Positions 1 through 10,363 of a DNA stretch of 64,000 bases are shown here, piece after piece. Source of the stretch: a virus; the IMG/VR virus record IMGVR_UViG_3300017917_002969, positions 33,581-97,580 of that record; one strand, written 5' to 3'. A program made the translations under genes and the position numbers. The notes below the pieces were generated by a model, which worked only from the letters and a program-made list of their open reading frames with translations, did no database searches and was not told the origin of the DNA. Position 1 is the first letter of the stretch. Each line of letters opens with the position of its first letter.

Positions 1-143
1 CCTTTTGGTACGACAATGATTAATTCATCTGGTTTTACAGTTTGTTCTTTAACGCTTTGTACAGCATTAGGGAAAAATTGTTTTGTATCATTAGTCAATT
101 CATGAACTGGAATGATAATAGAGATATTTGAGTTTGTAGTCAT
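1..143 (-). CDS. Glycosyltransferase family 2, 5' part only (runs off window start)
   Basis: Manual translation from ATG at 143: MTTNSNISIIIPVHELTNDTKQFFPNAVQSVKEQTVKPDELIIVVPK, a typical GT2 N-terminus. Confidence 0.75.
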   Translation of the reverse strand, partial: MTTNSNISIIIPVHELTNDTKQFFPNAVQSVKEQTVKPDELIIVVPK

Positions 144-158
144 TTTTTAACTATTTAA

Positions 159-1313
159 TTATTTGTTAGTTTCTTCAAGTGTAGCCAATTGTTTTTCCAT
201 ATTTGAAACAATATTGGTTAATTCAGTTTGTCTATTTGAGAATAGTTGGGAATAAACTGATGATAAAATTTCTTTTTGTTTTTCTTCAGTATATTGACCT
301 TGACTTGTTTTAATACTTTCCATTAAGTCAGTTGGTACTGAATCTTCAAACCAAAGTTTCATGTATGTTGCAATTAATTCTGGAATATTCAAACTAGTGT
401 TGGTCCAAACACCATTATTTTTAATAACTTTATTTCCTTCTTCATCTTTACCTTCCATCCATTCTGGAATAAGGTTAGGAATTTTACCAATTACTGGTGT
501 GTTAGTTTCAATAGCTTCTAACGGGAATGTACCAAAACCTGATTGGTCATCGACCCAAACAGCCAAACAAGATTTAGCCAACTCGCTAGCAAATTGTTTT
601 CTTGGTAGTCCTCTAAGTTCTTTGAAGGTAACCCATTTATAAAGTGGATATTGTAGATAAAACATTTTAGCTATTTTAGCAGCATCTCCTTGGTTTCTAG
701 TTAAGATAGCGATAATTGGTTGTTTTGGTTTATCACTAGGTTTAAAATAGCTAGGAATTGATACTGGGACAACATGTGTTTTAATTGATGGAAATATTGT
801 TTTAAGGTAGTTAGCTTGATATTCGCTAGTAGTGATAACATCATTAAAACCATAATCAGTATTCCATCTTTTACCAATTGGTAAAAGTTCCAACAAATAA
901 TCATAACTTTGAGATAACACAACTTTTTTACAAGGAAATCCTTTTACTTGGTCCATGATATTTGAAAAGATTTCTGGGATGATAATGAAATCAGCTGGAC
1001 TAATGCTAAGTTCTTGTTTTTCGATTGAAACGTGAGGTAATGAAGCATATTCTTCACCTAACCATTCAGCAATACCTTGTCCGTTTGCATCACCTCTTAG
1101 TTTATAATCATTCTTTTCATGTAAAATAGCTGCTTTGTATCCTAGCTCATTAAGTAATTTTACATGTTCATAAATGTTTGCAATACCAGCAGTTGGGTTT
1201 CCTTTGGTATCTAGTGTGAAAAAATACAAGGTAAAATCTTTATTATTAATTCTTTCGATAACGGACTTACCCTGATTGATTTGTTCTTCAAATTGTTTTT
1301 TGTTAACTTGCAT
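159..1313 (-). CDS. GT-B fold (GT4-like) glycosyltransferase
   Basis: AGIANIYEHV N-terminal loop; C-terminal GFGTFPLEAIETNTPVIG resembles the GT4 E-x7-E region. Confidence 0.7.
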   Translation of the reverse strand: MQVNKKQFEEQINQGKSVIERINNKDFTLYFFTLDTKGNPTAGIANIYEHVKLLNELGYKAAILHEKNDYKLRGDANGQGIAEWLGEEYASLPHVSIEKQELSISPADFIIIPEIFSNIMDQVKGFPCKKVVLSQSYDYLLELLPIGKRWNTDYGFNDVITTSEYQANYLKTIFPSIKTHVVPVSIPSYFKPSDKPKQPIIAILTRNQGDAAKIAKMFYLQYPLYKWVTFKELRGLPRKQFASELAKSCLAVWVDDQSGFGTFPLEAIETNTPVIGKIPNLIPEWMEGKDEEGNKVIKNNGVWTNTSLNIPELIATYMKLWFEDSVPTDLMESIKTSQGQYTEEKQKEILSSVYSQLFSNRQTELTNIVSNMEKQLATLEETNK

Positions 1314-1334
1314 TTTTAGTTATTTTATTTATTG

Positions 1335-1703
1335 TTATTCCTTTTCTTTTAAAATACCATAAGCGTATAAGGTATTAAAGGCTAATTGAAAAGAGAGAGG
1401 TTTTTTTGATAGGACTCTTTCAACACCTAATGACATATCTTCTGAGTCATCATCATCAATATTATCTATTAAGACATCTATCATTGTCCTGATTATTTCA
1501 TATTTTGGACCATCGATTTCTTTTGGTCTAGTTGTAAATTCGACAGTTTCTTCTTTACCAGTAACCGAACCTTCTTCATCGTAATATGTTTTTACATAGG
1601 TTGTTTCAACTTTATCGGTTAGCTTATAGTGTGTTTTGGGTGTCAAAGCTTTATCTAGAGCATTTAAATCGATATAAAAAATAGTTCCACCAAATTCAAT
1701 CAT
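1335..1703 (-). CDS. Hypothetical protein
   Basis: 122-aa ORF tightly packed in the operon. Confidence 0.7.
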   Translation of the reverse strand: MIEFGGTIFYIDLNALDKALTPKTHYKLTDKVETTYVKTYYDEEGSVTGKEETVEFTTRPKEIDGPKYEIIRTMIDVLIDNIDDDDSEDMSLGVERVLSKKPLSFQLAFNTLYAYGILKEKE

Positions 1704-1705
1704 AA

Positions 1706-2311
1706 TTAAATTTCTTCATATGTTGTTGTTATTGTTTGACTCAATATTTTATTTCTGAGTTCTTCATTTCTTATAAAATCTAAAATAGAATCTATTTCAT
1801 AATCAGCAAAAGTTTTTGTGTTGTAATTTGTTTTTACCTTTACACTAATTTTACCTTTTGGTTTAGCTTCTAGAGCTCTAGGATTTGCTGTGATTAGTAT
1901 ATCAATACCATCCCATTTATCTTCATACTTTGTAACAAATCTAATTTTTTTTGCTTTACAACCAGTTTTCGATAGAAAAAACAAAGTAGATGGGATTGCT
2001 TTATTTACTTCTCGACTAACAATTTCAATTTCATGTTCACCTTCATAATCAATTTCATTTAAAAAATCATTAAATTGATTCATCAATCCGTCAGATAGTT
2101 GGTCAGCATGACCAAAAATTTCTAGAGGAGCTTCCAAATACATAAAAGAATTTAACTTATCTATATTATCAAACTTAAAATAGTTTAATAAATCAAAATC
2201 AGTTATGTCTTTTTCAGTAATATTTGTTTCGGCAATATATTTGTTATACGTATAAGCAAATTGGCCGATGAAGTCCCTTAATACTTCATTTAAAGTTATA
2301 CCTATTTTCAT
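1706..2311 (-). CDS. HAD-superfamily 5'-nucleotidase-like protein with degenerate motif I
   Basis: MKIGITLNEVLRDF aligns with IGIDxDGVLxDF; later IVS motif and YN...ADYEI C-terminus. Confidence 0.55.
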   Translation of the reverse strand: MKIGITLNEVLRDFIGQFAYTYNKYIAETNITEKDITDFDLLNYFKFDNIDKLNSFMYLEAPLEIFGHADQLSDGLMNQFNDFLNEIDYEGEHEIEIVSREVNKAIPSTLFFLSKTGCKAKKIRFVTKYEDKWDGIDILITANPRALEAKPKGKISVKVKTNYNTKTFADYEIDSILDFIRNEELRNKILSQTITTTYEEI

Positions 2312-2364
2312 AAGCCCAATCTAAGAGCAAAATCTTAATAAGTAAAGTAAAATTAAAACAATTA

Positions 2365-3174
2365 CTAAAAAATTTTTTTAACTTGTTCAAGAAGTGTTTG
2401 TTTTTCTTGTTTTGGCACTATTTGCTGTTTTGGTTTTTCAGATTCTTTAAAGATTCCTATAAAATAACTAGTTAATCTATGTCTTACGATTTCAGATTCA
2501 CTAAATTCTATTACTTCAACTCCTTCTGTTGGTGAATTTTTGACATTTGTAATTAAGCGTTCTAATGAACTATCTTCTTTGTGTTTTAAATCAATTTGTC
2601 CACTATCACCTAAGACTATTGTTTTAGTATCATTTGAAAATCTAGTTAGGAAAGTTTTAGCATTGTCGTGAGTTATATTTTGAAATTCATCCACGATTAG
2701 AATGGTATTTTCCCATGACCTACCACGAATTTGTCCAAATACTTCAAATTCAATTAAACCAGCTTCTATAAGTTTATTTGTATTTGTCTCACCAATTAAT
2801 TTATAAAACGCATCCATAAATGACATCATATAGAATTTAAGTTTTTCTTTCTCATCACCAGGTAATATACCCAATTCTTCGTTTCTTAGTTGAACGACAG
2901 ATTTGACCAACTTAATTTTCTTGTAAATATTTGGTTTACTCTTTAATAGTATTAGGGCTTCAGCTACACTTAACAACGTTTTACCAGTACCAGCTGGGCC
3001 AGAACATATTGTAACGTCATTGTTTTTAATTGAGTTTGTGAGCTTTTTTTGGGTTTCGTTTTTGTGTTTTATGTCAACTTTAATTTTTGACAAGAGGCCG
3101 TTATTAAATCCTGTAAATATGTCTTGTACAATTTCGTCCTCATCCTTTTTTTTAACAACACTTTTTTTTGCCAT
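2365..3174 (-). CDS. phoH: PhoH-family ATPase
   Basis: GPAGTGKT Walker A, RGRS, DEFQN, GDSGQID, IVRH motifs. Confidence 0.93.
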   Translation of the reverse strand: MAKKSVVKKKDEDEIVQDIFTGFNNGLLSKIKVDIKHKNETQKKLTNSIKNNDVTICSGPAGTGKTLLSVAEALILLKSKPNIYKKIKLVKSVVQLRNEELGILPGDEKEKLKFYMMSFMDAFYKLIGETNTNKLIEAGLIEFEVFGQIRGRSWENTILIVDEFQNITHDNAKTFLTRFSNDTKTIVLGDSGQIDLKHKEDSSLERLITNVKNSPTEGVEVIEFSESEIVRHRLTSYFIGIFKESEKPKQQIVPKQEKQTLLEQVKKIF

Positions 3175-3198
3175 GCAACTGTTTTATTAATAAATATC

Positions 3199-4134
3199 TC
3201 AACTTCTAACGTTCGGATAATTTTTAACAAACCAATCAATAGTTTTTTTAATTCCAACATCAAATGGAGTGAATTTATAGTCTGGCAAAAAAGTCTTAAG
3301 TTTACTATTATCACTTGGTTTTCTGAATTGACCATCTGGTTTAGTATCATCAAAAATTATTTCACCTTTAAAATCCATATACTCAACTATAGTTTCAACG
3401 GCTTTTTTTATTGAAATTTCTTCAGAATTTGAGATAATTATTGGTTCATTTTCATTATAACCATTCAAAATAGATAAAGAAATCTTAGCAACATCTTCTG
3501 AATAAATGAATTCTCTTAGTGGGTTTCCAGAACCCCATACAACCAATGGTGTATTGTCTCTTTTTGCTAAATAACACTTATGAATTAATGATGGTATCAC
3601 ATGACCATTTTTTAAATTAAAATTATCATTTGGGCCATAAATATTAGTTGGTATAACGCAAGTATAATTTAAACCATATTGTTCTTTATAAGCTCTAACT
3701 TGTACTTCAGCCATTCTTTTAGCATAAGCATAAGCATCATTAGAATAGTGTGGTGGTCCTAAATGTATTTTATTTTCAGTTAAAGGGTAATCTATTTTAT
3801 CTGGAAAAACACATGTAGATAAAAAAACAATTAACTTTTTAATATCATATTTTCTACAAGCTTCTATAACATTTGTATTAATCATAATATTATCATAAAA
3901 AAACTCAGCTTTATGATTCATATTACCACCAAGACCACCAACTTTTGCGGCTGTGTGTATAACCTTATCAACAACATTTTCTTTTTCTATATTTTTATCT
4001 GTATAAAAAGAAAAAATTTCATCAACAGATTTTTTATCTCTAAGGTCACAAGTATTGGTGTTGAGACTTACTAAATCTCCTTTAAATTGTGAACCAACTA
4101 AGCCATTTCCTCCAGTTATTAAAAGTCTACCCAT
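3199..4134 (-). CDS. fcl: GDP-L-fucose synthase
   Basis: TGGNGLVG, AAKVGG, STCVFP, YAYAKR, NIYGPNDNF, HVIP, WGSGNPLREF; adjacent to gmd. Confidence 0.93.
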   Translation of the reverse strand: MGRLLITGGNGLVGSQFKGDLVSLNTNTCDLRDKKSVDEIFSFYTDKNIEKENVVDKVIHTAAKVGGLGGNMNHKAEFFYDNIMINTNVIEACRKYDIKKLIVFLSTCVFPDKIDYPLTENKIHLGPPHYSNDAYAYAKRMAEVQVRAYKEQYGLNYTCVIPTNIYGPNDNFNLKNGHVIPSLIHKCYLAKRDNTPLVVWGSGNPLREFIYSEDVAKISLSILNGYNENEPIIISNSEEISIKKAVETIVEYMDFKGEIIFDDTKPDGQFRKPSDNSKLKTFLPDYKFTPFDVGIKKTIDWFVKNYPNVRS

Positions 4135-5129
4135 GATAATTCTTTTTTATCAACTAGTTTATCTAACCAAAATTCTATCATTTCATCTAACATAGTCTCA
4201 AAATTATATTCTAATTCCCAACCTAAAATTGTTTTAGCTTTTGTAGCATCTCCTCTCAAATAATGAAGCTCTTCTGCTCTTTCAAATTTTTTATCTGTTT
4301 TAACATACTTTTCCACATCTAATTCTAGTTTATTAAAAACATATTTTACCAAGTCATAAACACTTTTTGACTCACCAGTAGCTAAAACATAATCATCTGG
4401 TTTATCTTGTTGTAGCATCAACCACATTCCTTTAACATAATCTTTAGCATGTCCCCAGTCTCTTTTAGCGTTTAAATTACCTAAAACCAATTCATCGGAC
4501 ATACCTAATTTAATCTTAACTGCTTCCAATACAACTTTATTAGTTACAAAGTTTATACCTCTTCTTGGACTTTCATGATTAAATAAAATTCCTGAGCAAA
4601 TAAACATATCATAAGCATTTCTATAATTATGGCATAAGCTATGCGCATATAATTTACTACATCCATATGGTGAAACAGGAACCATTGGTGTTGTTTCTCT
4701 TTGAAACATATCTTTATCACATGAGTTACCAAACATTTCAGAAGTAGCTGCGTGATATACTTTTGATTTTGGTGAAAATTTTCTAACAGCTTCAAGCACA
4801 GCTAAGGTACCACCAGAATTAACATCAAGCGTGTACTTTGGTAATTCAAAACTTATTTGAACGTGACTTTGGGCTGCTAAATGGTAAATTTCGTCTGGTT
4901 TCAACTCACTTATAATAGATTCAACACTAATAGGGTCTGTTAAATCCATGTAGTGTAACGTTATTAATTCTTTTGAACGTAGATGTTCAATTCTGGTAGT
5001 TTGTGATTCTGGAACTGAATTTCGTCTTATTGTTCCGTGGACAATATATTTTTTCTCAATTAATAATTCAGCCAAATATGAAGCATCTTGACCATTTGCA
5101 CCTACAATCAACGCTATTTTTTTCATCAT
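4119..5129 (-). CDS. gmd: GDP-mannose 4,6-dehydratase
   Basis: GANGQDASY, LAAQSHVQISF, TSEMFG, SPYGCSK, FNHESPRRG, GNLNAKRDWGHAKDYV. Confidence 0.96.
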   Translation of the reverse strand: MMKKIALIVGANGQDASYLAELLIEKKYIVHGTIRRNSVPESQTTRIEHLRSKELITLHYMDLTDPISVESIISELKPDEIYHLAAQSHVQISFELPKYTLDVNSGGTLAVLEAVRKFSPKSKVYHAATSEMFGNSCDKDMFQRETTPMVPVSPYGCSKLYAHSLCHNYRNAYDMFICSGILFNHESPRRGINFVTNKVVLEAVKIKLGMSDELVLGNLNAKRDWGHAKDYVKGMWLMLQQDKPDDYVLATGESKSVYDLVKYVFNKLELDVEKYVKTDKKFERAEELHYLRGDATKAKTILGWELEYNFETMLDEMIEFWLDKLVDKKELSWVDF

Positions 5130-5719
5130 AAAAATTTTTCTTTAAATACATCAACAGATATTAAATTTAAAGCTTCAACTCTACGTTTTTCTAAAAAACC
5201 ATATTCATAAATATTTTCATTTTCGTTAACTTTTAATAATTCTTGTTTACCTTTTTTAATAACACCACAACCCTCATCAGTATCAACCGTGTAAATTTCA
5301 ATATCTGAGTTTTCACTTCTTAATTGCACAATCGCTTTCCAAACATCTCCATGCCAAGCATTTGATACTCGTTCTCTTCTTTGTGTTATTTCAGTAATTG
5401 GGTTACAATCGTGAACAACAATAACACCATTTTCATTTAGATTGTTTAAAGAATTTATGATATCTCTATAAACTTGTTCGTGTAAATGTAAACCATCAAC
5501 AAAAACAATATCGTATTTTTGTGTGATATGTTTTTCAAAAAAATCATCCGATGTCATTTTATATGTTGTTTCAACATTTGGGTCAACACCATGTTTGGTT
5601 TGTATTTTTACCCCAACCCAGTTATATCCTGGTTGTGCTGGTGTGTTAACACCGATTTCTAAATAAGAAGTGTAATTGTTTTTTTCAATTAAACCATTGA
5701 TTATTTCTGTTCTAGTCAT
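5126..5719 (-). CDS. Class I SAM-dependent methyltransferase (probable sugar O-methyltransferase)
   Basis: YLEIGV, GVDP, DIVFVDGLH, GVIVVHD motifs; glycan-cluster context. Confidence 0.8.
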   Translation of the reverse strand: MTRTEIINGLIEKNNYTSYLEIGVNTPAQPGYNWVGVKIQTKHGVDPNVETTYKMTSDDFFEKHITQKYDIVFVDGLHLHEQVYRDIINSLNNLNENGVIVVHDCNPITEITQRRERVSNAWHGDVWKAIVQLRSENSDIEIYTVDTDEGCGVIKKGKQELLKVNENENIYEYGFLEKRRVEALNLISVDVFKEKFL

Positions 5720-5723
5720 AATT

Positions 5724-6530
5724 TTAATTTGTTATTTTTGAATATCTTTCTAAAATGTTAGTGTTATCTAATATTAATCTTTGTGGTGAAAAAGCGTAGT
5801 GAACAAATAAAGATTCACCAAAAATAATGTTTGGCATGTTTAATTCTTTTGGTTTGTCACTAGATAACCAAATTTCTTCTGCTGAGCCAACATCACCATT
5901 AAATGTTTTAAAAGTTTTACCTAACCAAGAAATACTATTGATTGAACATCTTTCAAAATTAGATAAAACCCAATTTTCTATAAAAAAATCAGTTGTTTTA
6001 TTTTGTTCTTGTTTTTTTAAAAATACATCGTGAAGATTTGCAGCAAAACCACCACTTCTCCAACCATTTTCATCTTCACAGTTGTAACTTACAGGTGCTA
6101 AACCAGACACAATGTTTTTTAATTGGTAGATGTGGGTTAATAATGCATTGTTAAGAATATTACCATAAACTAAAAAATATTGTTCGTTTTCTATTCTAAA
6201 TTCAAATAGGTTTTTTATAGAACCTTTTTCAATATAAACAACATCATCGTCTAAACGCAAATAAACTGTATTTTCATCAATACAATTTTTAAAAAATCTA
6301 CATATAGTTGCCGTATGACTACCATTAGGGTCTACTGGTACATCTGAATATTGTAACTTTATGTAGTCATAATGATTAGATAGAGTTTCTATATAATTAA
6401 TATCTTCTTGATTGTCAGTATTTACCCAAATCACCCATTCGTCAAATTCATCTTTACATTTATAAAGATTTTTGTGTAAAACTTCTAGGTATTTTTTTCT
6501 ACCAGCTGGTGTTACAATTATTTTTTTCAT
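5724..6530 (-). CDS. Putative GT-A glycosyltransferase
   Basis: IIVTPAGR start, YLRLDDDVVY DxD motif, VHYAF. Confidence 0.6.
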   Translation of the reverse strand: MKKIIVTPAGRKKYLEVLHKNLYKCKDEFDEWVIWVNTDNQEDINYIETLSNHYDYIKLQYSDVPVDPNGSHTATICRFFKNCIDENTVYLRLDDDVVYIEKGSIKNLFEFRIENEQYFLVYGNILNNALLTHIYQLKNIVSGLAPVSYNCEDENGWRSGGFAANLHDVFLKKQEQNKTTDFFIENWVLSNFERCSINSISWLGKTFKTFNGDVGSAEEIWLSSDKPKELNMPNIIFGESLFVHYAFSPQRLILDNTNILERYSKITN

Positions 6531-7621
6531 TATATAAAGTTTTTTGATTTTATTATTGCGGATGCTATTATCTGATGCATGTCATAATATTTATATTCAG
6601 CTAATCTACCACCAAATATAATATTTGGGAATGATTCTGATAGATTTTTATATTTAAGATATATTTCATTATTTTTATCGTCATTAATTGGGTAGAAAGG
6701 TATATCACCTCTTTTGTAATCTTTTGAATATTCTTTACTAATCCAAGTAACGTTGCTTTTAGCACCATCAAAATGTTTATGTTCTGTTATTCTAGTATAA
6801 GGAACTTCATAGTCGGTGTAGTTTACAATAGAACACCCTTGATAATCATCCATTTCGTGTTTTTCCATTATAAATTCCAAAGACCTATATTCTAATTCTC
6901 CAAACTTATAGTCAAAAAATTCATCAATTTTACCAGTAAAAACTATCTTATCAGCCATAGAATCCCATTTTTCCTTTTCACTAAAATAATCAACATCTAG
7001 TATAATGTCAATACCATTTAACATGTTTTCAAATAATTTCGTATAACCATTTATTGGCATACCTTGATATTTATCAAAAAAATAATTATTGTCAAAATTG
7101 GTTCTTATTGGAAGTCTTTTTATTATACTACTAGGTAAATTTTTAGGGTCCTTGTTCCACTGTTTCATTGTATATCCTTTAATGAATATTTCATAAATAT
7201 CAGAACCAACTTGTGATAAAACCCATTCCTCAAAATTTTTTGGGTCGTTATTTACAGTGACAACTTCTTTTAATTTTAGTTTAGCCTCTTCTGGTGTAGT
7301 AACACCCCATAATTGCTGCAATGTTAATAAGTTTATAGGAAAAGAAAAAATTTTTCCTTTGTAATTTACCATTGGTGAGTGTTTATAATTATTAAATTCA
7401 CCAAATTGTTGAATCCAATCCCAAATTTTCTTATCGTTTGTGTGAAAAATATGTGGGCCGTATGTGTGTATGTTTATATTGTCAATATTTTCAGTATAAC
7501 AATTTCCACCAATATGTTTACGTTTATCAATAACCAAACATTTTTTACCAGCCTTTGTTACTTCGTGTGCAAATGCGGCTCCAAATAAACCAGCACCAAC
7601 TATTAAAAAATCATATTTCAT
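6530..7621 (-). CDS. glf: UDP-galactopyranose mutase
   Basis: VGAGLFG FAD motif, HIGGNCY, YGPHIFHT, YTRITEHKHF, PFYP, GRLAEYKYYDMH. Confidence 0.96.
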   Translation of the reverse strand: MKYDFLIVGAGLFGAAFAHEVTKAGKKCLVIDKRKHIGGNCYTENIDNINIHTYGPHIFHTNDKKIWDWIQQFGEFNNYKHSPMVNYKGKIFSFPINLLTLQQLWGVTTPEEAKLKLKEVVTVNNDPKNFEEWVLSQVGSDIYEIFIKGYTMKQWNKDPKNLPSSIIKRLPIRTNFDNNYFFDKYQGMPINGYTKLFENMLNGIDIILDVDYFSEKEKWDSMADKIVFTGKIDEFFDYKFGELEYRSLEFIMEKHEMDDYQGCSIVNYTDYEVPYTRITEHKHFDGAKSNVTWISKEYSKDYKRGDIPFYPINDDKNNEIYLKYKNLSESFPNIIFGGRLAEYKYYDMHQIIASAIIKSKNFI

Positions 7622-8573
7622 CTCTAAAAATTATTTTTTTTATTTGTTCTAATTTTATATTGCTATATTCTACATTGTGAAATTTTTGGTAACCACTGCC
7701 AGATTTAAAATGTAAAATAGGTGCATCATTAATTGAGTGGTTTAAAAGTTGAATAATATCAATATGCACTGGGTCTTGAAAATGGTATGGGTCTACAAAT
7801 GTTTCTTTTAATTTTAACACCTTATCTACTAAATAATCAGAATAATTTTGATTTATTAATTCATAAGGGAATGACCTATCACCCATTTGAATAGTTTCTT
7901 TTATTTTTTTAGATGATAGTTCAAAAGAATAATTTATATTACCGTTCAAAACAAATTGGACCAAGTCATTTGTACAATTATAATAATTCCACATTTCAAA
8001 ATAACCATAATCCATTGGGTTTATTTTTTTAAGTAAATCTATTGTTTGACCTCCAACATCACTTATCCCATGAATATAGTCCCAATTAAAATACTGCGTT
8101 AAATTGTTACTGTTTAAAAACTCGTTATCAAACAATAAAACACCATCCCACATGTAGTAATAGTTGAAATTACCTTCATTTATTCTATGTATAGGTGTAT
8201 CTCTGTATTGTGGAGTAAAATAAAGTTTTTTTTCGTTCATTAAACCATTATAATCAATTTTGTTTATGAAAAACATATCTGAATGTATTAACATAAAATA
8301 ATCATTAGATGTTGCTTGAAAAATGTCTCTGAACCAATTAAGTTGTTCTACATAATATCTAGAAAATGGTACGTTTCTAGGCCCAGTATAATTAATACAC
8401 GTTATTTTATTTTCATAACAAATATTTTTTATTGTTTGAGCATGTTCGTTTGATGCATTTATTATTATAAATTCAGTTTCAGAATCAAACATATGTTTTT
8501 TATATGAATCTATTTGTAATTGAAGATACTCTGGATTTTTGTCTGGAAATGAAAATATTTTTAATTTTTTCAT
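7611..8573 (-). CDS. Putative GT-A glycosyltransferase
   Basis: LIHSDMFF, DVGG, LHFKSGS; cluster context. Confidence 0.5.
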   Translation of the reverse strand: MKKLKIFSFPDKNPEYLQLQIDSYKKHMFDSETEFIIINASNEHAQTIKNICYENKITCINYTGPRNVPFSRYYVEQLNWFRDIFQATSNDYFMLIHSDMFFINKIDYNGLMNEKKLYFTPQYRDTPIHRINEGNFNYYYMWDGVLLFDNEFLNSNNLTQYFNWDYIHGISDVGGQTIDLLKKINPMDYGYFEMWNYYNCTNDLVQFVLNGNINYSFELSSKKIKETIQMGDRSFPYELINQNYSDYLVDKVLKLKETFVDPYHFQDPVHIDIIQLLNHSINDAPILHFKSGSGYQKFHNVEYSNIKLEQIKKIIFRDEI

Positions 8574-8734
8574 ATTTTAAAATAAAATTTTATATATAGC
8601 TATTATTTTCTTATTTTTTTAGTGAGTAAATTATGTTATTTAAAATGTATAACCATACTGAAAGAATTTTGTTTATTTGGTTGCAATTAATTATTAATTA
8701 AAAATAATGTTTTACATAATATTGTGTAAAGAAA

Positions 8735-9574
8735 CTATTTTATTAAGTGTTTATATTTTTCTTTATTATCAATTATAAAATTTGGTAACAAAGAATTATT
8801 TATTTTTATAGAATAACCTCTACCAAAAACATCAAGACTGTTATTTATTTTAGTTTCTATAGTATTCTTTATAAAATCATTATTAAACTCTTGGTGTCCA
8901 TAAGATTCAATTTTTTCCCTAACCATTTTTTCACCGCCTTGGAATGTGAAATGCCAACCAGCATTTTCAACTAGTTTATACTGATTTCTATTAGGTGTTC
9001 TAATGTGATTTATACTATAGTTTTTTATATTTTTATATTTTGTACCTACAGTTCCATACCAATGTTCTGAAGATTCTAAGTTTAAATAATATGTAAAAAC
9101 TTTTTGATTTAATCTTAAATTACCATCAAAATTAAATTCATAATTTATATTTGGGTCCCATATTTCATCTAAATCAGACACAAAAACAAAATCATCATCA
9201 TTAGCTTCTATCAAACCTTTTTTAATACATTCTTTCTGATAAAATTCTCTTAACCAATGAACTTCATGTTTAGGAACATTAGGTGTTGTTAAACAATCAT
9301 CAATAATAGAATCTTGTAAAACATTTCCGTTTTTCATACTAGATAAATCAAAAGAATCTGGCATATCACTAACAATAATGTGTATTATTTTATGATTAAA
9401 CTTTTCGAATCTTTTTTTATTTTCTAAATAATATAAAGGTTTATGTTTTCCAGTAAATGTTTTAGTTGCTTCAACTAAAACAAAATAATCAACATAATCG
9501 TTAAGTATATTTAATCTAATCTCTAACAAATCTAGTTCGTTAAAAAAAATAAAAGTATCATAAATTTTTAGCAT
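8735..9574 (-). CDS. GT17-like (beta-1,4-GlcNAc-transferase family) glycosyltransferase
   Basis: DTFIFFNELDLLEIRL, VEATKTFTG, SDLDEI, GWHF, HQEFN motifs. Confidence 0.85.
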   Translation of the reverse strand: MLKIYDTFIFFNELDLLEIRLNILNDYVDYFVLVEATKTFTGKHKPLYYLENKKRFEKFNHKIIHIIVSDMPDSFDLSSMKNGNVLQDSIIDDCLTTPNVPKHEVHWLREFYQKECIKKGLIEANDDDFVFVSDLDEIWDPNINYEFNFDGNLRLNQKVFTYYLNLESSEHWYGTVGTKYKNIKNYSINHIRTPNRNQYKLVENAGWHFTFQGGEKMVREKIESYGHQEFNNDFIKNTIETKINNSLDVFGRGYSIKINNSLLPNFIIDNKEKYKHLIK

Positions 9575-9575
9575 T

Positions 9576-10280
9576 TTAAAATGATTTATGTATATAATAA
9601 GAGTTGTTTTTGATTATACCCCTATATTTTTTATTGGTAATTAAATAATTGGTTAAGCGATATTCAAACGAATTAACCCCATATTGTGGAAAATTATGTA
9701 ATGGGCTATCGTTGGTGAAATCAACTGACATACCTTTATTTTTTGATATAAAGTAAACTTGGTCACTAAAAATTTTAGATAAATAAAAATCATCGTGTTT
9801 TTTATCTATTGTTGCTTCTTCATGTTTTATTGTTTCAGGTAAAAAATTTAAGTCAGCCCAAAATAATGTGGTTGATATTATATCATCGTCATTATCAAAG
9901 GTTTTTATCGATTTTTTAAAAAAATCACTTAAATCTTCGGAATGAATTTCACAATCAGGACCAACATAAAAAATATGTTTTGTTTTACTTAACAGTAACC
10001 CACAATAATGTTGTACTGAGTAATAATATGATTTTTCATTTTGATTTACGTTCAAGTTAAAACGCTCATTAATCTCATCCAAATATTGGTTAGTATAATA
10101 GAAATCAAAATGTTTGTTAAATTTTTCTTTTAACAAATTAAATCTATCTAAACTTTCTATATTATTTATTAAGACTATTTTTTTAGTAATTAAATCATGA
10201 GAATAATTAAAAAACCAACCATCAAAATTTAAAACATGTTCAAAATCTTTTTCGTAAACTGTAGTAATTAAAGTAATCAT
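9576..10280 (-). CDS. Hypothetical, possible glycosyltransferase
   Basis: 234-aa ORF in the glycan cluster; FSDQVY and FE motifs, no firm family. Confidence 0.45.
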   Translation of the reverse strand: MITLITTVYEKDFEHVLNFDGWFFNYSHDLITKKIVLINNIESLDRFNLLKEKFNKHFDFYYTNQYLDEINERFNLNVNQNEKSYYYSVQHYCGLLLSKTKHIFYVGPDCEIHSEDLSDFFKKSIKTFDNDDDIISTTLFWADLNFLPETIKHEEATIDKKHDDFYLSKIFSDQVYFISKNKGMSVDFTNDSPLHNFPQYGVNSFEYRLTNYLITNKKYRGIIKNNSYYIHKSF

Positions 10281-10363
10281 CGTATTTCTTTTTTTACACG
10301 TTTCATAATCTCTAATAAAGCTAATTCACTAAAGACAATAAACGTATTATTAATTTTTACCAT
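10277..10363 (-). pseudogene. 28-codon relic of a GT17 gene 5' end
   Basis: MVKINNTFIVFSELALLEIMKRVKKEIR*; 13 of first 19 aa identical to the N-terminus of 8735..9574. Confidence 0.7.

Noticed and set aside
8574-8734. 161-bp AT-rich gap with imperfect palindrome TTTACATAATATTGTGTAAA (8711-8730)
   Set aside because: Does not match dif or a recognisable RNA; plausible by chance at this AT content
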